51,070 bases of DNA. Source: an uncultured Candidatus Saccharibacteria bacterium (lineage in GTDB: Bacteria > Patescibacteriota > Minisyncoccia > Phycocordibacterales > Phycocordibacteraceae). Below the pieces are notes generated by a model. The model searched no databases, was not told the origin of the DNA, and saw only the letters and a list, made by a program, of their open reading frames with translations. Location of the stretch: assembly GCA_964398815.1 (NCBI GenBank), contig CAYNNZ010000001.1, forward strand, positions 1-51,070, given 5' to 3'. A program made the position numbers and the translations under genes. Positions 51,065 to 51,070 of the stretch are shown here, one piece after another (within the stretch, counting starts at the first letter, position 1; each line of letters begins with the position of its first letter).

Positions 51065-51070
51065 CCTACG

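Overview
This is a gene-dense, roughly 55-60% GC bacterial housekeeping region. Most genes are on the minus strand and read with the standard code (UGA is used as a stop). I infer a CPR/Patescibacteria (Parcubacteria-like) genome from several traits:
- a stand-alone 23S rRNA gene carrying a group I-like intron
- ribosomal protein operons lacking rplA and rplI at their usual positions
- almost no Shine-Dalgarno sequences
- type IV pilus genes and many small membrane-anchored orphan proteins

Content:
- **RNA genes:** a partial 23S rRNA and seven tRNAs: His, Leu-GAG, Val, Leu-CAG, Arg-UCU, Ser-UGA and Arg-CCG.
- **Ribosomal and translation genes:** rplJ-rplL, rpsF-ssb-rpsR, secE-nusG-rplK, rplS and efp.
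- **Aminoacyl-tRNA synthetases:** MetRS, GlyRS, IleRS and ArgRS.
- **DNA metabolism:** ftsK, recA, recO, ruvX and tatD.
- **Folate/dTMP island:** glyA, tmk, thyA, dcd, a 5-formyl-THF cyclo-ligase, folA and a CofE/FolC2-like ligase.
- **Other:** pilMNO, two tandem paralogous surface proteins with peptidoglycan-binding domains, mscL, a ZIP transporter, and uppS next to two lycopene-cyclase-domain genes.

Most unusual observations:
1. An intact histidine-phosphatase domain of about 190 aa is inserted in-frame inside IleRS.
2. A roughly 100-nt rod-like RNA element occurs twice. It has identical internal-loop blocks and fully compensated helices, and each copy starts 11-12 nt after a stop codon.
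3. Two structured modules of about 130 nt lie downstream of tRNA-Ser and tRNA-His. Each re-uses a duplicated copy of that tRNA's 3' end.
4. Many genes have a -10 box only 6-10 nt upstream of the start codon, which implies leaderless mRNAs. One case is a palindromic AGTATACT box shared by the divergent tmk and thyA genes.

No CRISPR array, transposase, integrase or recognisable defence system was found. All calls come from reading the sequence and ORF translations by eye; no database search was run.
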